NCBI RefSeq assembly: GCF_006345805.1
Contig: NC_043014.1
Coordinates: 10,602,001-10,666,000 of the forward strand
Length of the DNA: 64,000 bases
From: Octopus sinensis
Lineage: Eukaryota
Reading direction: 5' to 3'
Positions 14,261 through 28,055 of the stretch are shown here, piece after piece. The translations under genes were made by a program, and so were the position numbers. Each line of letters begins with the position of its first letter. Position 1 is the first letter of the stretch. The notes below the pieces were generated by a model that did not search any database, was not told where the DNA came from, and saw nothing but the letters and a program-made list of their open reading frames with translations.

Positions 14261-14663
14261 TATTTCTTTACTACCCACAAGGGGCTAAACATAGAGGGGA
14301 CAAACAAGGACATACAAAGAGATCAAGTCGATTACATCGACTCCAGTGCGTAACTGGTACTTAATTTATCAACCCCGAAAGGATGAAAGGCAAAGTCGAC
14401 CTCAGTGGAATTTGAACCCAGAATGTAACGGCAGACGAAATACCTATTTCTTTACTACCCACAAGGGGGTAAACATAGAGGGGACATACAAGGAGATACA
14501 AAGAGATCAAGTCGATTACATCGACCCTAGTGCGTAACTGGTACTTAATTTATCGACCCCGAAAGGATGAAAGGCAAAGTGGACCTCGGCGGAATTTTAA
14601 CCCAGAACGTAACGGCAGACGAAATGCGGCCCGGAGTGCTAACGTTTCTGCCAGCTCGCCGCC
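14261..14663 (-). mobile_element. SINE family B, tandem dimer
   Basis: tRNA-like head AGGCGGCGAGCTGGCAGAAACGTTAG, central GCCTTTCATCCTTTCGGGGTCGATAAATTAAGTACCAG (resembles the Meta-SINE domain); 184-nt period. Confidence 0.85.
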
Positions 14664-15654
14664 TATCCGTTATTTCCAACAAACCCTAATCTGTTGCCCA
14701 CAGATACTCTATGTATTCTGCCTTTATAACGACGACCTCTGCTCCTTAAAGCTGATAGGTCTCCATTTTAGGTGCACCTCACTCACACGTCTTTTCTTTG
14801 TTTGCTAGCCATAAGGTAACCAGTAATACAACACCGCACACTGACTTCTAAAGCCAGCTCGCCCTCTCCGGAATATTTGAACTTCGGAGGTTCCTCTCCC
14901 ATCGCGTTGTCCATCGACTGTACCAAACTCAAAGGACATTGAATAAGTCATTTTCATTTGCAATAATTAAAATGTAAATAAGCTGGATACTAATGAGTTG
15001 TTTACGTCGGTTAATTCGGTATTCATAATTAAACAGCGATCTTTATTAACGTCTGTTTTCATCACAAAGTTATATATACCCGCACAGACATACACCACAT
15101 ACACACGTACACACAAACACAGATACATGCACACATGCACACATACTCATAGATACACAGACACTCACACACGTACACACATATACCTACAGATACGTAA
15201 ACACGCACACATATTCACAAATACGTGCACATATACACATACACACATACACACACATATACTTACAAATATGCACACACATACACACAGAGAGATACGT
15301 AAATACGCACACATACTCACAAATACGCGCGCGCACGCACTCACACACATACGCATATGCACACACACAGATACGTAAACACACACACTCGCAAATGTGC
15401 ACACACACGCATTCACACACATACACACATACACATCCACAGATACGTGAACACGCACACATACAAATACGTGCACACACGCAGTCATACATATACACAT
15501 ACACACACACAGATACATAAACACGTACACATACTCACAAATACGCTCACACACATACACACATGCACACACACTGATACGTAAAGACACACACACTCAC
15601 TCATTCATACACATACAGATATCCAAACACACAAACTCGCAACACGCACACGCA

Positions 15655-16163
15655 TGAATTATCACACACACACACATCCACACACACACACACACACATC
15701 CAACACACACACACACACACACAATCCACACACAACACACACACACAACACCTCCACACACACACACACACATCCACACACACACACAACCACATCCACA
15801 CACACACACACACACATCCACACACCCACACCACACACATCCACACACCCACACACACACACACACACATCACACACCACACACACACACACATCCACAC
15901 ACACACACACACACACATCCACACCACACACACACATCCACACACACACACACCACACACACACACACCACACACCAACACACACACACACACACACATC
16001 CACAACACACACACACCACATACACACACACACACATCCACACACACACACACACCACATCCACACACACACACACACATCCACACACACACACACACCA
16101 TCCACACACACACACACACATCCACACACACACACACCACATCCACACACACACACACCACAT

Positions 16164-16196
<33 letters not shown>

Positions 16197-17100
16197 ACAT
16201 CTACACACACACACACACACATCCACACACACACACACCACCACTCCACACACACACACACACACATCCACACACACACACACACACACATCCACACACA
16301 CACACACACACACATCCACACACACACCACACACACACACATCCACACACACACACACACACCACACACACACACACACACACATCACACACACACACAC
16401 ACACACATCCACACACACACACACATCCACACACACACACACACATCCACCACACACACACACATCCACCACACACACACACCACATCCACACACACACA
16501 CACACACACATCACACACACACCACACATCCACACACACACACACACCTCCACACACACACACACATCCACCACACACACATCCACACACACACACACAC
16601 ACATCCACACACACACACACACACACATCCACACACACACACACACACACATCCACACCACACACACACCAGACATCCACCACACACACACACAATCCAC
16701 ACACACAACCACACACACACACATCCACACACACACACACACATCCAACCACACACACACACACACATCCACACACACCACACACACATCCACACACACA
16801 CATCCACACACACACACACCATCCACACACACACACACACATCCACACATACACACACATCCACACACACACACACAATCCACACACACACACACATCCA
16901 CACACAACACACACACACATCCACCACACACACACACACACATCCACACCACACACAACACACACCTCCACACACACACACACACATCCACCACACACAC
17001 AGCATCCACACACCCACACACACACATCCACACACACACACATCCACACACACCACATCCACACCACACACCACACACACCACATCCACACACACGCACT
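15655..17100. repeat. Long (CA)n-CATC cryptic satellite
   Basis: CA runs punctuated by CATC/CCAC; source of the long His/Thr and Cys/Val ORFs. Confidence 0.95.
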
Positions 17101-17532
17101 CACATGCACACACTTGCGCAAATATGCGCACATACGCATCCTCACAGATATATAGATATTCAATATCCATGTGAGTTACCAAATTTTAAAAAGAACAACA
17201 AAAACATTGAAAACGACCCAACACAATCTAAATAAGATTGTGTAGGAAAGGAAAAGATAGGTAGACGTTTCGGACAGCAACCCTTCGTCAAAAACAAAAG
17301 CAAAATAGACGAGAGGGAGAAGAAAAGTCGTAGGAAGAACAAACATGTTGTATCAGAGACATGCTTCTGTGTGTTTTCGGTGCTGTGCGAGTGCATCCTT
17401 TATCAGAGTATTTCCGGTCCATATTGTCTTCGTGCCTGTGAGTGCCCTCTATGTATGTGTGTGTATGTCATTGTATGTTTCATCTACTTCTGTGTGTGTG
17501 TGACGTGTTATTCATTAAGTGTATGTGATATA

Positions 17533-17696
17533 GGTGCGGGCGTGGTTGTTTGGTAAGAAGCTCGCTTCCCAACCGCATGGTTCCGTGTTCAGTCCCACTG
17601 CGTGGCACTTTTGGCAAGTGTCTTCTTCTATAGTCTCGGGCAGACCAAAGCCTTGTGAGTGTATTTGACAAACAGAAATTGAAAGAAACCCGTCCT

Positions 17697-17697
<1 letters not shown>
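17533..17697 (+). mobile_element. SINE family A head
   Basis: Homology to other copies. Confidence 0.8.
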
Positions 17698-17742
<45 letters not shown>

Positions 17743-17810
17743 ATATATATATAATATATCTATATATATATATACATATATATATATACTTATATTATAT
17801 ACATATATAC

Positions 17811-17938
17811 TTTATTTAAAAGCAGCAGAAATATATTTGTTATATATTTCTGCTGCTTTTAAATAAAGCATATTACTCTAACTCTCTGGTATTTGAGTAC
17901 TCTTTTTCCACCTTGTTTCACATTTATGTGCTTACTCT

Positions 17939-17940
<2 letters not shown>
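17811..17940 (+). mobile_element. PLE pseudo-LTR tail fragment with fold-back
   Basis: Hairpin TTTATTTAAAAGCAGCAGAAATATAT/ATATATTTCTGCTGCTTTTAAATAAA. Same tail in reverse at 55905-55976; GCTTTTAATAAA start shared with the tails after the HHRs at 45755 and 56888. Confidence 0.55.
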
Positions 17941-17980
<40 letters not shown>

Positions 17981-18338
17981 ATATATATTACTATATATAT
18001 TATATATATATAATATATTATGTTGTATATATATATAATGTATATTTAAAAAAGGAGATGTGGAACACGAGTTGTGATATATAAAAAAAAGGAAATGAAG
18101 AAAATGCTGACAAAATAGAAAAAAATCTATCAGAAAGGAACTCTATCTCTCTTAAAAAAATATCTTTTGATAAGCATAACAAATGCGCAACCGGTTAAAA
18201 GAACTTTCACCTAATTAAATACACTCTCCCTTACTTAAATTATTTTGTCAGCATTTTCTTCATTTCCTTTTTTTTATATATGTATATACATACATACATA
18301 CATACATACATACATACATACATGCATGCATACATAAA

Positions 18339-18735
18339 GGCATAGGCGTGGCTGTGTTGTAAGGAGCTCGCTTCCTAACCACAAGGTTCCGGGTTCAGTC
18401 CCACAGCAAGGCACCTTGGGGAAAGTGTCTTCTACTATAGCCTCGGGACGACCAAATCTTTATGAGTGGATTTGGCAGACGGAAACTAAAAGAAGCCCGT
18501 CGTATCTATATATGTAAGTCTACCTATGTGTATGTGTGTCTTTGTGTCTGTGTTTGCTCCCCCCATCACCGCTTGACAACCGGTATTGGTGTGTTTACGT
18601 CCTCCATAACTTTGTAAGCACTTAAGCACTAAGCTTACAAAGAAGAAATCCTGGGGTCAAGCCCTTCGACTAAAAATCCCATTAAGCTGGTGCTCCAGCA
18701 TGGCCGCAGTCAAATGATTGAAACAAGTAAAATAT
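18339..18735 (+). mobile_element. SINE family A, full length
   Basis: Head plus tail homology. Confidence 0.85.
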
Positions 18736-18750
18736 TAAAATAATGAAAAG

Positions 18751-18959
<209 letters not shown>

Positions 18960-20045
18960 TCTGTACGTCCCAGTATTTCATTTTTGTGTGTGTCTGTTTG
19001 TTGTACACAAGCGTAACATCTTTATTCTCTTTCTTTCGTGAATAGACAGCAATTATTTTCCCGTGTTGATAAAATTAGGAATGCAATTTCCTCAGCTCTG
19101 CAGGTTCCACGGCTTAGAAAAATCTACTGGAATATACTTGAAGGAAAAAAAAGCACGTATATAAAATTTCTTCGGTCAAAACATTTTATCGACACAATGT
19201 GGAGGTTTCTTTTAAATCCAAGCAAATACAAACTAACAAAATTTGAATTTTAGTAGGATACAAAGTTCCAAATACATCTTTCTTTATTCATTTCAATGTC
19301 TTTATTCTCAATTGCAATGCACAATACATTTCAGAATATTGTTTAGTTCCTATTTATTGAGATATTTTGTTCAATTTAATGAACATATATTCTCTATTGA
19401 TAATTTTATTTCAAATGATTTATTATTTTTCTATTCTATTCATTTTCGAAAAATAAATTTCAATAGTTATTTTATTGTTTTTTTTTATCATTGTCTTTCG
19501 TTTCTGGAAATCTTTCGCATAACTTTCTTCTTCGAACAAAAGGGATTGCGTTGAACTTTGTCAGAGATTTCTGTTTTCCCTTTTGACAATATACTTTTCG
19601 TAACTTTCTTGTTTCGAATGGATCTTTTGTTCATTCTTATGACGTCGGTCACTTATCAGTAAGCTATACTGCTGCGATTTATCTAGAAAGCGCCAAAAAC
19701 CATTGGTATTCAAATATCTCTTCTTTTCTTGTTTCCACAGTTTTTTTTTTTTGTTTTTTTTGTTTTGGTTTTTTTGTTATATTATTATCTTAAAATTGTA
19801 AATGTTCGAAATTAGAATATTTTCACATTCATCGATTTCTTTGCTAAAATTCTATTTTGCAAAAAAATACAGCCGATTCTATTTAACAGCAGATATTCTA
19901 TCATCATTACCATTAACATAATTATCGTTATCATCATCATTATTATCATCAATATCATCTTCTACCGCCCCTCTCCTCTTCAGCATCATCATCACTATTA
20001 TTATTATTATTATTATATTATTATTATTATTATATTATTATTATT

Positions 20046-20603
20046 GAGTGAGAGAGCAGTGCATGCCAATCAAAGTGACACTGGGGTAAAATATACGAAG
20101 CCCAGTATACCCATCATGAATACCAGTCTGATAAGAGAACACTAGGCACATGCATCACAACCATATGTGCGCGACATGGTGATCTCATATCAAGATGAAC
20201 AGCGCAAGACCTTGCAGGTGGGGCCCAGTTAGATTTTTCTTCTGGTCGAGTAACCCATCCCGCTCAAAAGGTCCCTGAATAAGGGCTGTTCAAGGATGTT
20301 GAATGAAACACCGATGTTTCCAGAGGGGAATAATTCAAACCCCAAAGAATCCCTCTCAACACAGGACTATGATGCTCCCCAACTACTTCTGCTCGTGGTC
20401 AGAGATGCACATATCGTCAGCCACTAAAGGACATGCTCAACTGGTTAAGGTCAAACAACTGACAAGCAAATCTGTGGTATTGAGCAGAATATTTGCTGTA
20501 GCCCATCTTTTAGTACCAAGACAAAACAATGTACATGATAACACTTCCAATCAGTTAAGATCAGAAACCACGAGATCCACTGCCTGGTACTGCATCAGGG
20601 CAT
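20046..20603 (-). mobile_element. Non-coding element flanked by (TAA)n, copy 2
   Basis: Homologous to 13250-13696. Confidence 0.75.
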
Positions 20604-20651
20604 ATTATTATTATTATTATTACTATTACTATTATTATTATTATTATTATT

Positions 20652-20684
<33 letters not shown>

Positions 20685-20689
20685 ATTAT

Positions 20690-21368
20690 TCAGTAGTTTT
20701 ATTTTTATATCGTGCTTTCACTTCACTACCGAGCGCAGCTCTGGTCTGTCTTGGGTACGTGCTGTGGTTTGTTGTGATGCTCTTATAGTTACTGTATTGA
20801 AAGTGTTTTGCGTAGGATGTGTGCAGTTGCCCAGTAGTGCAATTTTCTGCATGCTATATATATTTGTAAGTCCTGGTGTTTTTGTTATGCATTTGTCTGA
20901 ATATTTTTTTATCGTACCCAATGCGCCTACTATGATAGGAATTGTTTCTGTTTTTAGATTCCACATTCGAGTTACCTCTATTTCCAGGTCTTTGTATTTT
21001 GAAAGTTTCTCCATTTCTTTTAGAGAAACGTTGTCATCTGCTGGTATTGATACATCAAATAGAAAGCCTTTTTTTCTTCATGATCTCTGACAACTATATC
21101 TGGTCTGTTGGCCTTAATTTCTCTAACTGTGTGTATAGGCATATCCCAAAGTATGCTTGCTTTCTCGTTTTCCGTGACCTTTTCTGGTGTGTGCCTATAC
21201 CATCTTTTTTCTGTTGTTATTCCATAGTGTTGGTATAGCTTCCAGTGAATGTAGGTCCCAACTCTGTTGTGTCTGTGAATATATTCCTTCTTAGCCAGGA
21301 CTGGGCAGCCAGAGATAATATGATTTATTGTTTCTTGTCCATCCCCACATATTCTGCAGTTACTTTTT
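20690..21368 (-). mobile_element. R4/Dong-like RLE LINE 3' fragment (CCHC finger plus PD-D endonuclease), frameshifted
   Basis: CRICGDGQETINHIISGCP..EYIHRHN..NRPDIVVRD..DVSIP..EKLSKYKDLEIEVTRMW..PIIVGALG; 3' end runs into (AAC)/(AAT)n. Confidence 0.88.
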
Positions 21369-21370
21369 AT

Positions 21371-21906
21371 TATAAGGGGGAGCTTCGTTTATAATGGACC
21401 AAGCCAGTATATGTTGTATATTTTGTGATTTAAGATCATATATGTGTGTGGCTAATGATGTCAAGAATTTGTATTTTGTCTTATTGAAAAATTTAAGTGA
21501 GTCCTATATCGCCGTTTAAAATCTATGGCGCTACTTATGTAGGTCCTTGGTTGGTAATTCTACAAGACATTTATAAACTACATTTTTACGCAGACAGAAG
21601 TCCCCAAACGGGCATGTATGAGGTATACGACAATTACAGGTTTTCTGTATTATTCCACCATATATTTTAGTTGAGCTATTTTGGGGGCTAATATGGGGTG
21701 TTGTGCAAGGGTTCTAGTGTGTATTAGTCTAAAGATGAATTTTATATCTATTAATATAGTCTATTATATTTCCTAGATTTAGTGTGGTGGAGTAAGATAA
21801 CGAGTTATTAAACATACAGTGGTATCTATGATGCAACGGAAAGTTTGATTTCAGAATTTTTTTAAATAATTTAGGCAAAGATTTAACCTGTAGAGAAAAG
21901 GGTATT
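21371..21906 (-). pseudogene. Penelope-like element fragment: post-RT linker plus GIY-YIG endonuclease
   Basis: Hand translation with frameshifts: IPFSLQVKSLPKLFKKILKSNFPLHHRYHCMFN..LSYSTTLNLGNII..CNCRIPHTCPFGDFCLRKNVVYKC..FKRRYRTH..TSLATHIYDLK..WSIINEAPPY. Confidence 0.75.
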
Positions 21907-22606
21907 AACAGTGAAAAAGATAATACCTACGCTGAACTATTAAGAAATCTGCAGTTACGCTATCTAGATTACAAGTTCAGGTTTATACCTGTAATTATTG
22001 GGTACCTGAGATATGTAACACAGTGCCTAAATACCAGCCTTGAGAAATTAGGCTTCTCCAAACCACAAAGGATAAAGCTAACTCGAAGACTACTGATCTA
22101 ATCCATCACTGGAACTGTAAAACTCTGTAAAGCTTTCCAGAAGTTTATCATTTAAATATACATATGGACATGTCTAGATATGCAACTATATGCATGAGAA
22201 TACATACATAAAACAAAATATACAAATCTGCACATATATATTTCTTTATTGCCCACAAGGGGCTAAACATAGAGAGGACAAACAAGGACAGACAAACGGG
22301 TTAAGTCGATTACATCGACCCCAGTGCGAAACTGGTACTTTATTTACCGACCCCGAAAGGATGAAAGGCAAAGTCGACCTCGGCGGAATTTGAACTCAGA
22401 ACGTAGCGGCAGACGAAATACCGCTAAGCATTTCGTCCGGCGCGCTAACGTGTCTGCCAGCTCGCCGCCTTAAATCTGCACATATACATACATACAAAAA
22501 TACCTTGGTGTTTACGTTGAAATTCCAATGAAGGAGCCTTGGATCTAGTTTAGAAACCGGTCCTTTCTCTATTGGCAAGAAATATTGAAATAAAACTAAA
22601 TAATGA
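21904..22606 (+). mobile_element. RLE-type LINE 3' end (second family), interrupted by a SINE
   Basis: EKDNTYAELLRNLQ..FIPVIIG..LEKLGF..*SITGTVKLCKAF; 3' UTR ends in (CATA)n. Confidence 0.65.
22239..22471 (-). mobile_element. SINE family B with ~15-bp TSD
   Basis: AAATCTGCACATATA on both sides. Confidence 0.9.
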
Positions 22607-22650
22607 CATACATACATACATACATACATACATACATACATACATACATA

Positions 22651-22817
22651 GGCGCAGGAGTGGCTGTATGGTAAGTAGCTTGTTTACCAACCACATGGTT
22701 CCGGGTTCAGTCCCACTGCGTGGCACCTTGGGCAAGTGTCTTCTACTATAGCCCCGGGCCGACCAAAGCCTTGTGAGTGGATTTGGTAGACGGAAACTGA
22801 AAAAGAAGCCCGTCGTA

Positions 22818-22873
<56 letters not shown>

Positions 22874-23090
22874 TGTGTGTGTTGTGTGTCTGTGTTTGTC
22901 CCCCTAGCATTGCTTGACAACCGATGCTGGTGTGTTTATGTCCCCGTTACTTAGCAGTTCGGTAAAAGAGACCGATAGAATAAGTATTGGGCTTACAAAA
23001 GAATAAGTCCCGGGGTCGATTTGCTCGACTAAAGGCGGTGCTCCTGCATGGCCGCAGTCAAATGACTGAAACAAGTAAAAGAGTAAAAGA
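22651..23090 (+). mobile_element. SINE family A, full length
   Basis: Head plus (TA)n plus tail. Confidence 0.88.
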
Positions 23091-23170
23091 GAGAGAGAGA
23101 GATGCATACGTACATACATACATACATACATACATACATACATACATACATACATACATACATACATACA

Positions 23171-23203
<33 letters not shown>

Positions 23204-24639
23204 GTCTCTGTAGACATGTTTCAAGAAAATTGTCGGAGTGGAAATGGCTGACACTAGTTGCCACTGGGAATTAATATACGACTGTTCAATTTACATTTGA
23301 TAATGAAACGCAGATCTTAAACCTACTTCAATTTTGACGCGCGCAACGCCAAAAGGCACTAAATCTTTTTTTATGCTGTTATTAAATTCTAATAAGCAGC
23401 CTACTTGATGCTGAAAGTGTAAGAATAAAGTGATGATTGTGGTATATCTTTCACTCTCAGCTTATCTATTTATCTTTTGCTTTATCTTCATCTTTCTTTT
23501 TTTTATTTCTCTTATTTATTTTTCTTTCTATCTTAAAGTGATTGTGTACGGTTTTATACGAAATAAATTCAAGAACTGGTAATATTAGCATTCTTTGTGA
23601 CAGGGCCCTTTGTTGCTTGAATTATTTTCTTTTCACGGTACACTGAATTATTGTTTAAAACATTTTATTGATTGGCTTGTCTTTTCCTAATTAGTCTCTT
23701 TGAATTCAAATGTTTAATATTGTTTTCTCTCATTTGCTCCAACCTGACCTTAAGATACTCTCCAAGGCTTTCTTTCGACAGCTACAACAACCATTTTTCC
23801 CAGAGAGGAATTCTGCTCAAACTGTTAAATGTCTCCCATGTTCTCGAAAATACCAAATGTTTCTATTTCTTTTGCTTTATTCATTTGAGGCGTTTTTATT
23901 TGTTTTGTTTTGTTTTTTCGTTTTCTTTCTTCTTTTTTTTTTTTTCTTTTCGAAACCATGTTTGTGTTAGTTGATCTTCGGAGATAAATCTTTGTTTGTA
24001 GAATATCTTCTGATCTCTGTATGAATGTTTATCTTGACAGTTCTTTCATGATATTTGTTGGAGATTGATATGGAAATAATGAAAATAGGAGGATTCACAA
24101 ACCAAACGCAATGAAGAGGAAACAAAAAACATTTGGTAAAGAATTGATATGATGCTCTCGCCTAGTACGTTATGAAAGAAAGTCAAATGGGGTGGAATAT
24201 CTATCGAGGCATCAAGTAGTAAGTTACTTCCATCTACATATTCCTAGATACGCTATACATAAAAGAATAGGAAACTGTATTAGAAATAGTCTGAAAAAAT
24301 AAGATAAAATCTAGATTTCAAATCTTATTTACATTTGTGTTATGGAAAGTGTTAAAAACGGCTTGAGAATATGTAGTGAATAAATACTGCGCGTAGTATT
24401 ATATAGAAAATAAAAGATTCTAAGTTATACAAAATGGATATGTACGAATATATTATGAATGCTGTATTTACCAGAGTATAAATTTATCGATAAAAGATAA
24501 AAATACTGGCTTGATTGTGAAGGAGAGAAAAGCGGACTTCGTGTTATGAGATTGAATAGCACCATAAAAGAACAGGAAAATATGAAAAAGATTGATCCCC
24601 GTTTCACTATTTACATTGAAATATATTTCATAGTTTGTT

Positions 24640-25025
24640 AGTTCTGCTTAGTGGGGTAGAAAGGACTCCTTAGCCGTAGTGAAGGCAATCTATCTAGGGA
24701 GATAACCTTACAATAAATCACTCGGTCCGTAGCTTAGAAATACTGGGTTGACGTCCAGCGGGAACAGCTTTGTTTCATGGAGGAGGAAAGATCTTCTTTA
24801 GTACTTGGTTGTACAATGCTTTCCAATGTGTGTAGTAGTGGCGCGCGCACACATTATTAGCCATTTGAAAAGACTATGGAATTTACAATTAACTGCACCA
24901 GGGTTCCTCTTCCCCAGGGAACCAGACCTAATGGCATACCTGCGGATATGATGGACCGTGAAGTCTGGCGTAGCATGGTAAATTTCATTGTCTCGACCAC
25001 GGTCGAACAATGATGATGATGATGA
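24640..25025 (+). mobile_element. RTE-like non-autonomous element (5' part fused to ORF 3' end)
   Basis: Ends MMDREVWRSMVNFIVSTTVEQ* then (TGA)n; DRxxWR is typical of RTE C-termini. Confidence 0.55.
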
Positions 25026-25382
25026 GTTCTGCTTTGACCCCTTGACTTCGTCAGGCCAGTCACCTGGTTTCCTTTGTGTATAAGTCACCGAGTTCACATC
25101 CTTCCCTTTGAACGACACGCCGGGCCGCCGCAGGGTTGCTCATTTACGGCTGAATAGACTGGTGCAGTATAAAATGAATTATTTTGCTCAGGAACACAAC
25201 GTAGCGCCCGGTCCGAGAATTGAAGGCATATTCTAATGATCTCTCTTCTCTCGTCTTGAGACAGCATTCACCCGGGGTGGGTTGAGCTGGCTTCATTCAT
25301 CCTCAACGCTGCATCTCTCACAAACGTCGACCAGGCCTGGTGATTTGAGGCTAACGACCGCGTGATCTCCAACCACTCCCTA

Positions 25383-25685
25383 TGTGGAGGCACATGGCCT
25401 AGTGGTTAGAGCAGCGGACTCGCGGTCGAGGGATCGCAGCTTTGAATCTCAGACCGAGTGATGTATGTGTTTATGAGCGAAACACCTAAGCTCCTCGCGG
25501 CTCCAGCAGAAGGTAATGGTGAACTTCTGCTGACTCTTTCGCCACAACTTTCTCTCACTCTTTCCTACTGCATCTTGCAGCTCACCTGCGACGGACCGGC
25601 GTCCCGTTCAGGTGGGGAACCTATACGCCAAGGAAACCGGGAAACCGGCCCTAATGAGCCAGGCGTGGCTCGAGAAGGAAGAAGG
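25383..25685 (+). mobile_element. SINE family C with TSD, nested in an older minus-strand SINE
   Basis: AACCACTCCCTA on both sides. Confidence 0.8.
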
Positions 25686-26119
25686 AACCACTCCCTAATG
25701 ATCGTGAGTACAATACATTAACCTCTAGTCCACACGCCTTCATACATATACACATGCAGCGCCATTGATTATAATTATATTTTTATAATCATATATTTTT
25801 AAATTAATTTTATTGATATGGTCGTTTTCTATACGCTAGCCGCTGATATAATCATTTTAATTATATCCTCAATTAATAAGTATAAATAATTTTGAGTCCT
25901 CTAGTCATTATATCATGCTGCATTACTATATTTACCCCGTATGATTTCTGACATTAACAACATGGCCGAGATGGGCGATTAGATGTAATGTATATGCGGA
26001 AACAACATGTATATACAGGGTCAATAAATTAACTACCAGTTGCATAGTGGGGTCGATCTAATCGACTGGCCCCCCTCCCTCAAAATTTCAGGCTTTGTGT
26101 CTAGAGTAGAAAAGAATAT

Positions 26120-26704
26120 TACAACTCAGGTCCAGTAATGATATTTCCCAAACAGCTTCTGATTCCACTAGATTCCTTGCCAAAAAGGATTCCAAACATC
26201 TTTAAGGAATCCACCTTTTCTCTTCTCCCCCACCATCATGATCGGTATCTCTCACTCTCTAAAGGACTATACCTGATGTTTGCAAGCATATTTCAAGGTA
26301 TCCTTTGCTCGTTCCCGGGAAAAAGTAATCTGTCCGATCCAAGCAGCTATCACCCGATCACTCTCAATTCTAACATCGCCAAGGTAGAGCTGGCAGAGAC
26401 GTTAGCACGCCGGGCGAAATGATTAGCAGTACTTCGTCTGCCGTTACGTTCTGAGTTCAAATTCCGTCGAGCACGCCGGGTGAAATGCATAGCAATATTT
26501 CGTCTGCCGCTACGTTCTGAGTTCAAATTCCGCCGAGGTCAACTTTGCCTTTCATCCTTTCAGGGTCGATTAAATAAGTACCAGGTACGCACTGGAGTCG
26601 ATATAATCGACTGAATCCGTTTGTCTGTCCTTGTTTGTCCCTTCTGTGTTTAGCTTCTTGTGGATAGTAAAGAAATAGGACTTGTTCACCAAAACCTTGT
26701 ATTC

Positions 26705-26747
<43 letters not shown>

Positions 26748-26990
26748 CTTCTCCAGTGACCAATAACAAGGCTTTCATAGAGCCAGATCCACAAGGGAGC
26801 TACACACTTGTCATTCACCAATGGGATCTCGCTTTTGAAAAGCTCAGTGAAAGCAATGTTGTTGCGAAAGACATCATCGAAGCACTCGATCGTGACTTCC
26901 CGACTGATGCAAAACAGTTGGAAACTACAGTTTTACCTCTCGAATCAGTAGCTTTAATCAGATCGCACCATTGACGCATATTTTTACACA
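26120..26990 (+). pseudogene. Degenerate CR1/jockey-group reverse transcriptase fragment split by SINE B (26381-26677)
   Basis: SDPSSYHPITLNSNIAKV (YRPISL motif) and ESNVVAKDIIEALDR (DISKAFD motif). Confidence 0.6.
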
Positions 26991-27077
26991 GCTCATTTTC
27001 TCCCATTCTCAATCGTTACTTACTCTCTTTCATATATATATGAAGGGATCTGACTTCTCATCGACAACCATGATTGT

Positions 27078-27122
27078 CACACGCTGATGAAAGGTAAACA
27101 CCTTGAAACTCGGGTACGTGTG
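27078..27122 (+). ncRNA. Type I hammerhead ribozyme (family 3)
   Basis: CACACG-CUGAUGA-AAGGU(AAAC)ACCUU-GAAA-CUCGGG-UA-CGUGUG; intact core, perfect helices I and II. Confidence 0.85.
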
Positions 27123-27636
27123 TATCATGTGTTGAAGACGGGGAGGATGACTCCCCTTCACAAATACTGACAGGACACAGATAGTGTGTCTATAGCCAGC
27201 TGGAGGAGATATCTTCCTGGGGCTACAAACTACAGTAGCATCCACCCTTATGGGTTAGCCATATTCAAATGGCAAATATGCAACACGATGTGTTACCGCT
27301 ACTGTTTATAACTCGCTCTGAGATTTATCATTATATATATATATATATAACTCCAAGAAAGTTAGGGGTTGTGAGTCCAACTCACTAAGGGATAATATCT
27401 ATCCAATATACTGTTGGTAGAATACTCAATTATTAATACACAAGTGTTTTTTTATTGCAATACAATAACATTACCTAGTGTATTAAATGGGTGAAGGTAA
27501 AGAGATATTTTACCATTAATTTATAGAGCAATAAGAAAATGGAGGAGAACAATAGTTGATTCATCAACTTTAGGACATTAAAAATGTTAACTTATTTATT
27601 TATTATATATATATGCGCTGGAGTGGCTGTGTGCAT

Positions 27637-28055
27637 AGGCGCAGGAGTAGATGTGTGGTAAGTAGCTTGCTTACCAACCACATGGTTACGGATTTAGTCC
27701 CATTGCGTGGCACCTTGGGCCAGTGTCTTCTACTATAGCCTCGGCGCGACCAAAGCTTTGTGAGTGGATTTGGTAGACGGAAACTGAAAGAAGCCCATCG
27801 TATATATGTATTTATATATATATGTATGTGTGTATATGTTTGTGTGTCTGTGTTTGTCCACCCCCCCCCCAACATCGCTTGACAACCGATGCTGGTATGT
27901 TTACGTCCCCGTGACTTAGTGGTTGGGCAAAAGAAACCGATAGAATAAGTACTAGGCTTACAAAGGTTAAATCTTGGATTCGATTTGCTCAACTAAAAGG
28001 CGGTGCTCCAGCATGGCCACAGTCAAATGACTGAAACTAATAAAAGAATAAAAGA
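27637..28055 (+). mobile_element. SINE family A, full length
   Basis: Homology. Confidence 0.85.

Noticed and set aside
3405-17182. Long ORFs such as MYVC, HTHT and CVCV repeats (up to 506 aa)
   Set aside because: Stop-free translations of microsatellites, open in several frames on both strands.
19038-19554. Short ORFs in non-repetitive sequence
   Set aside because: AT-rich, no recognisable motif or convincing exon structure.
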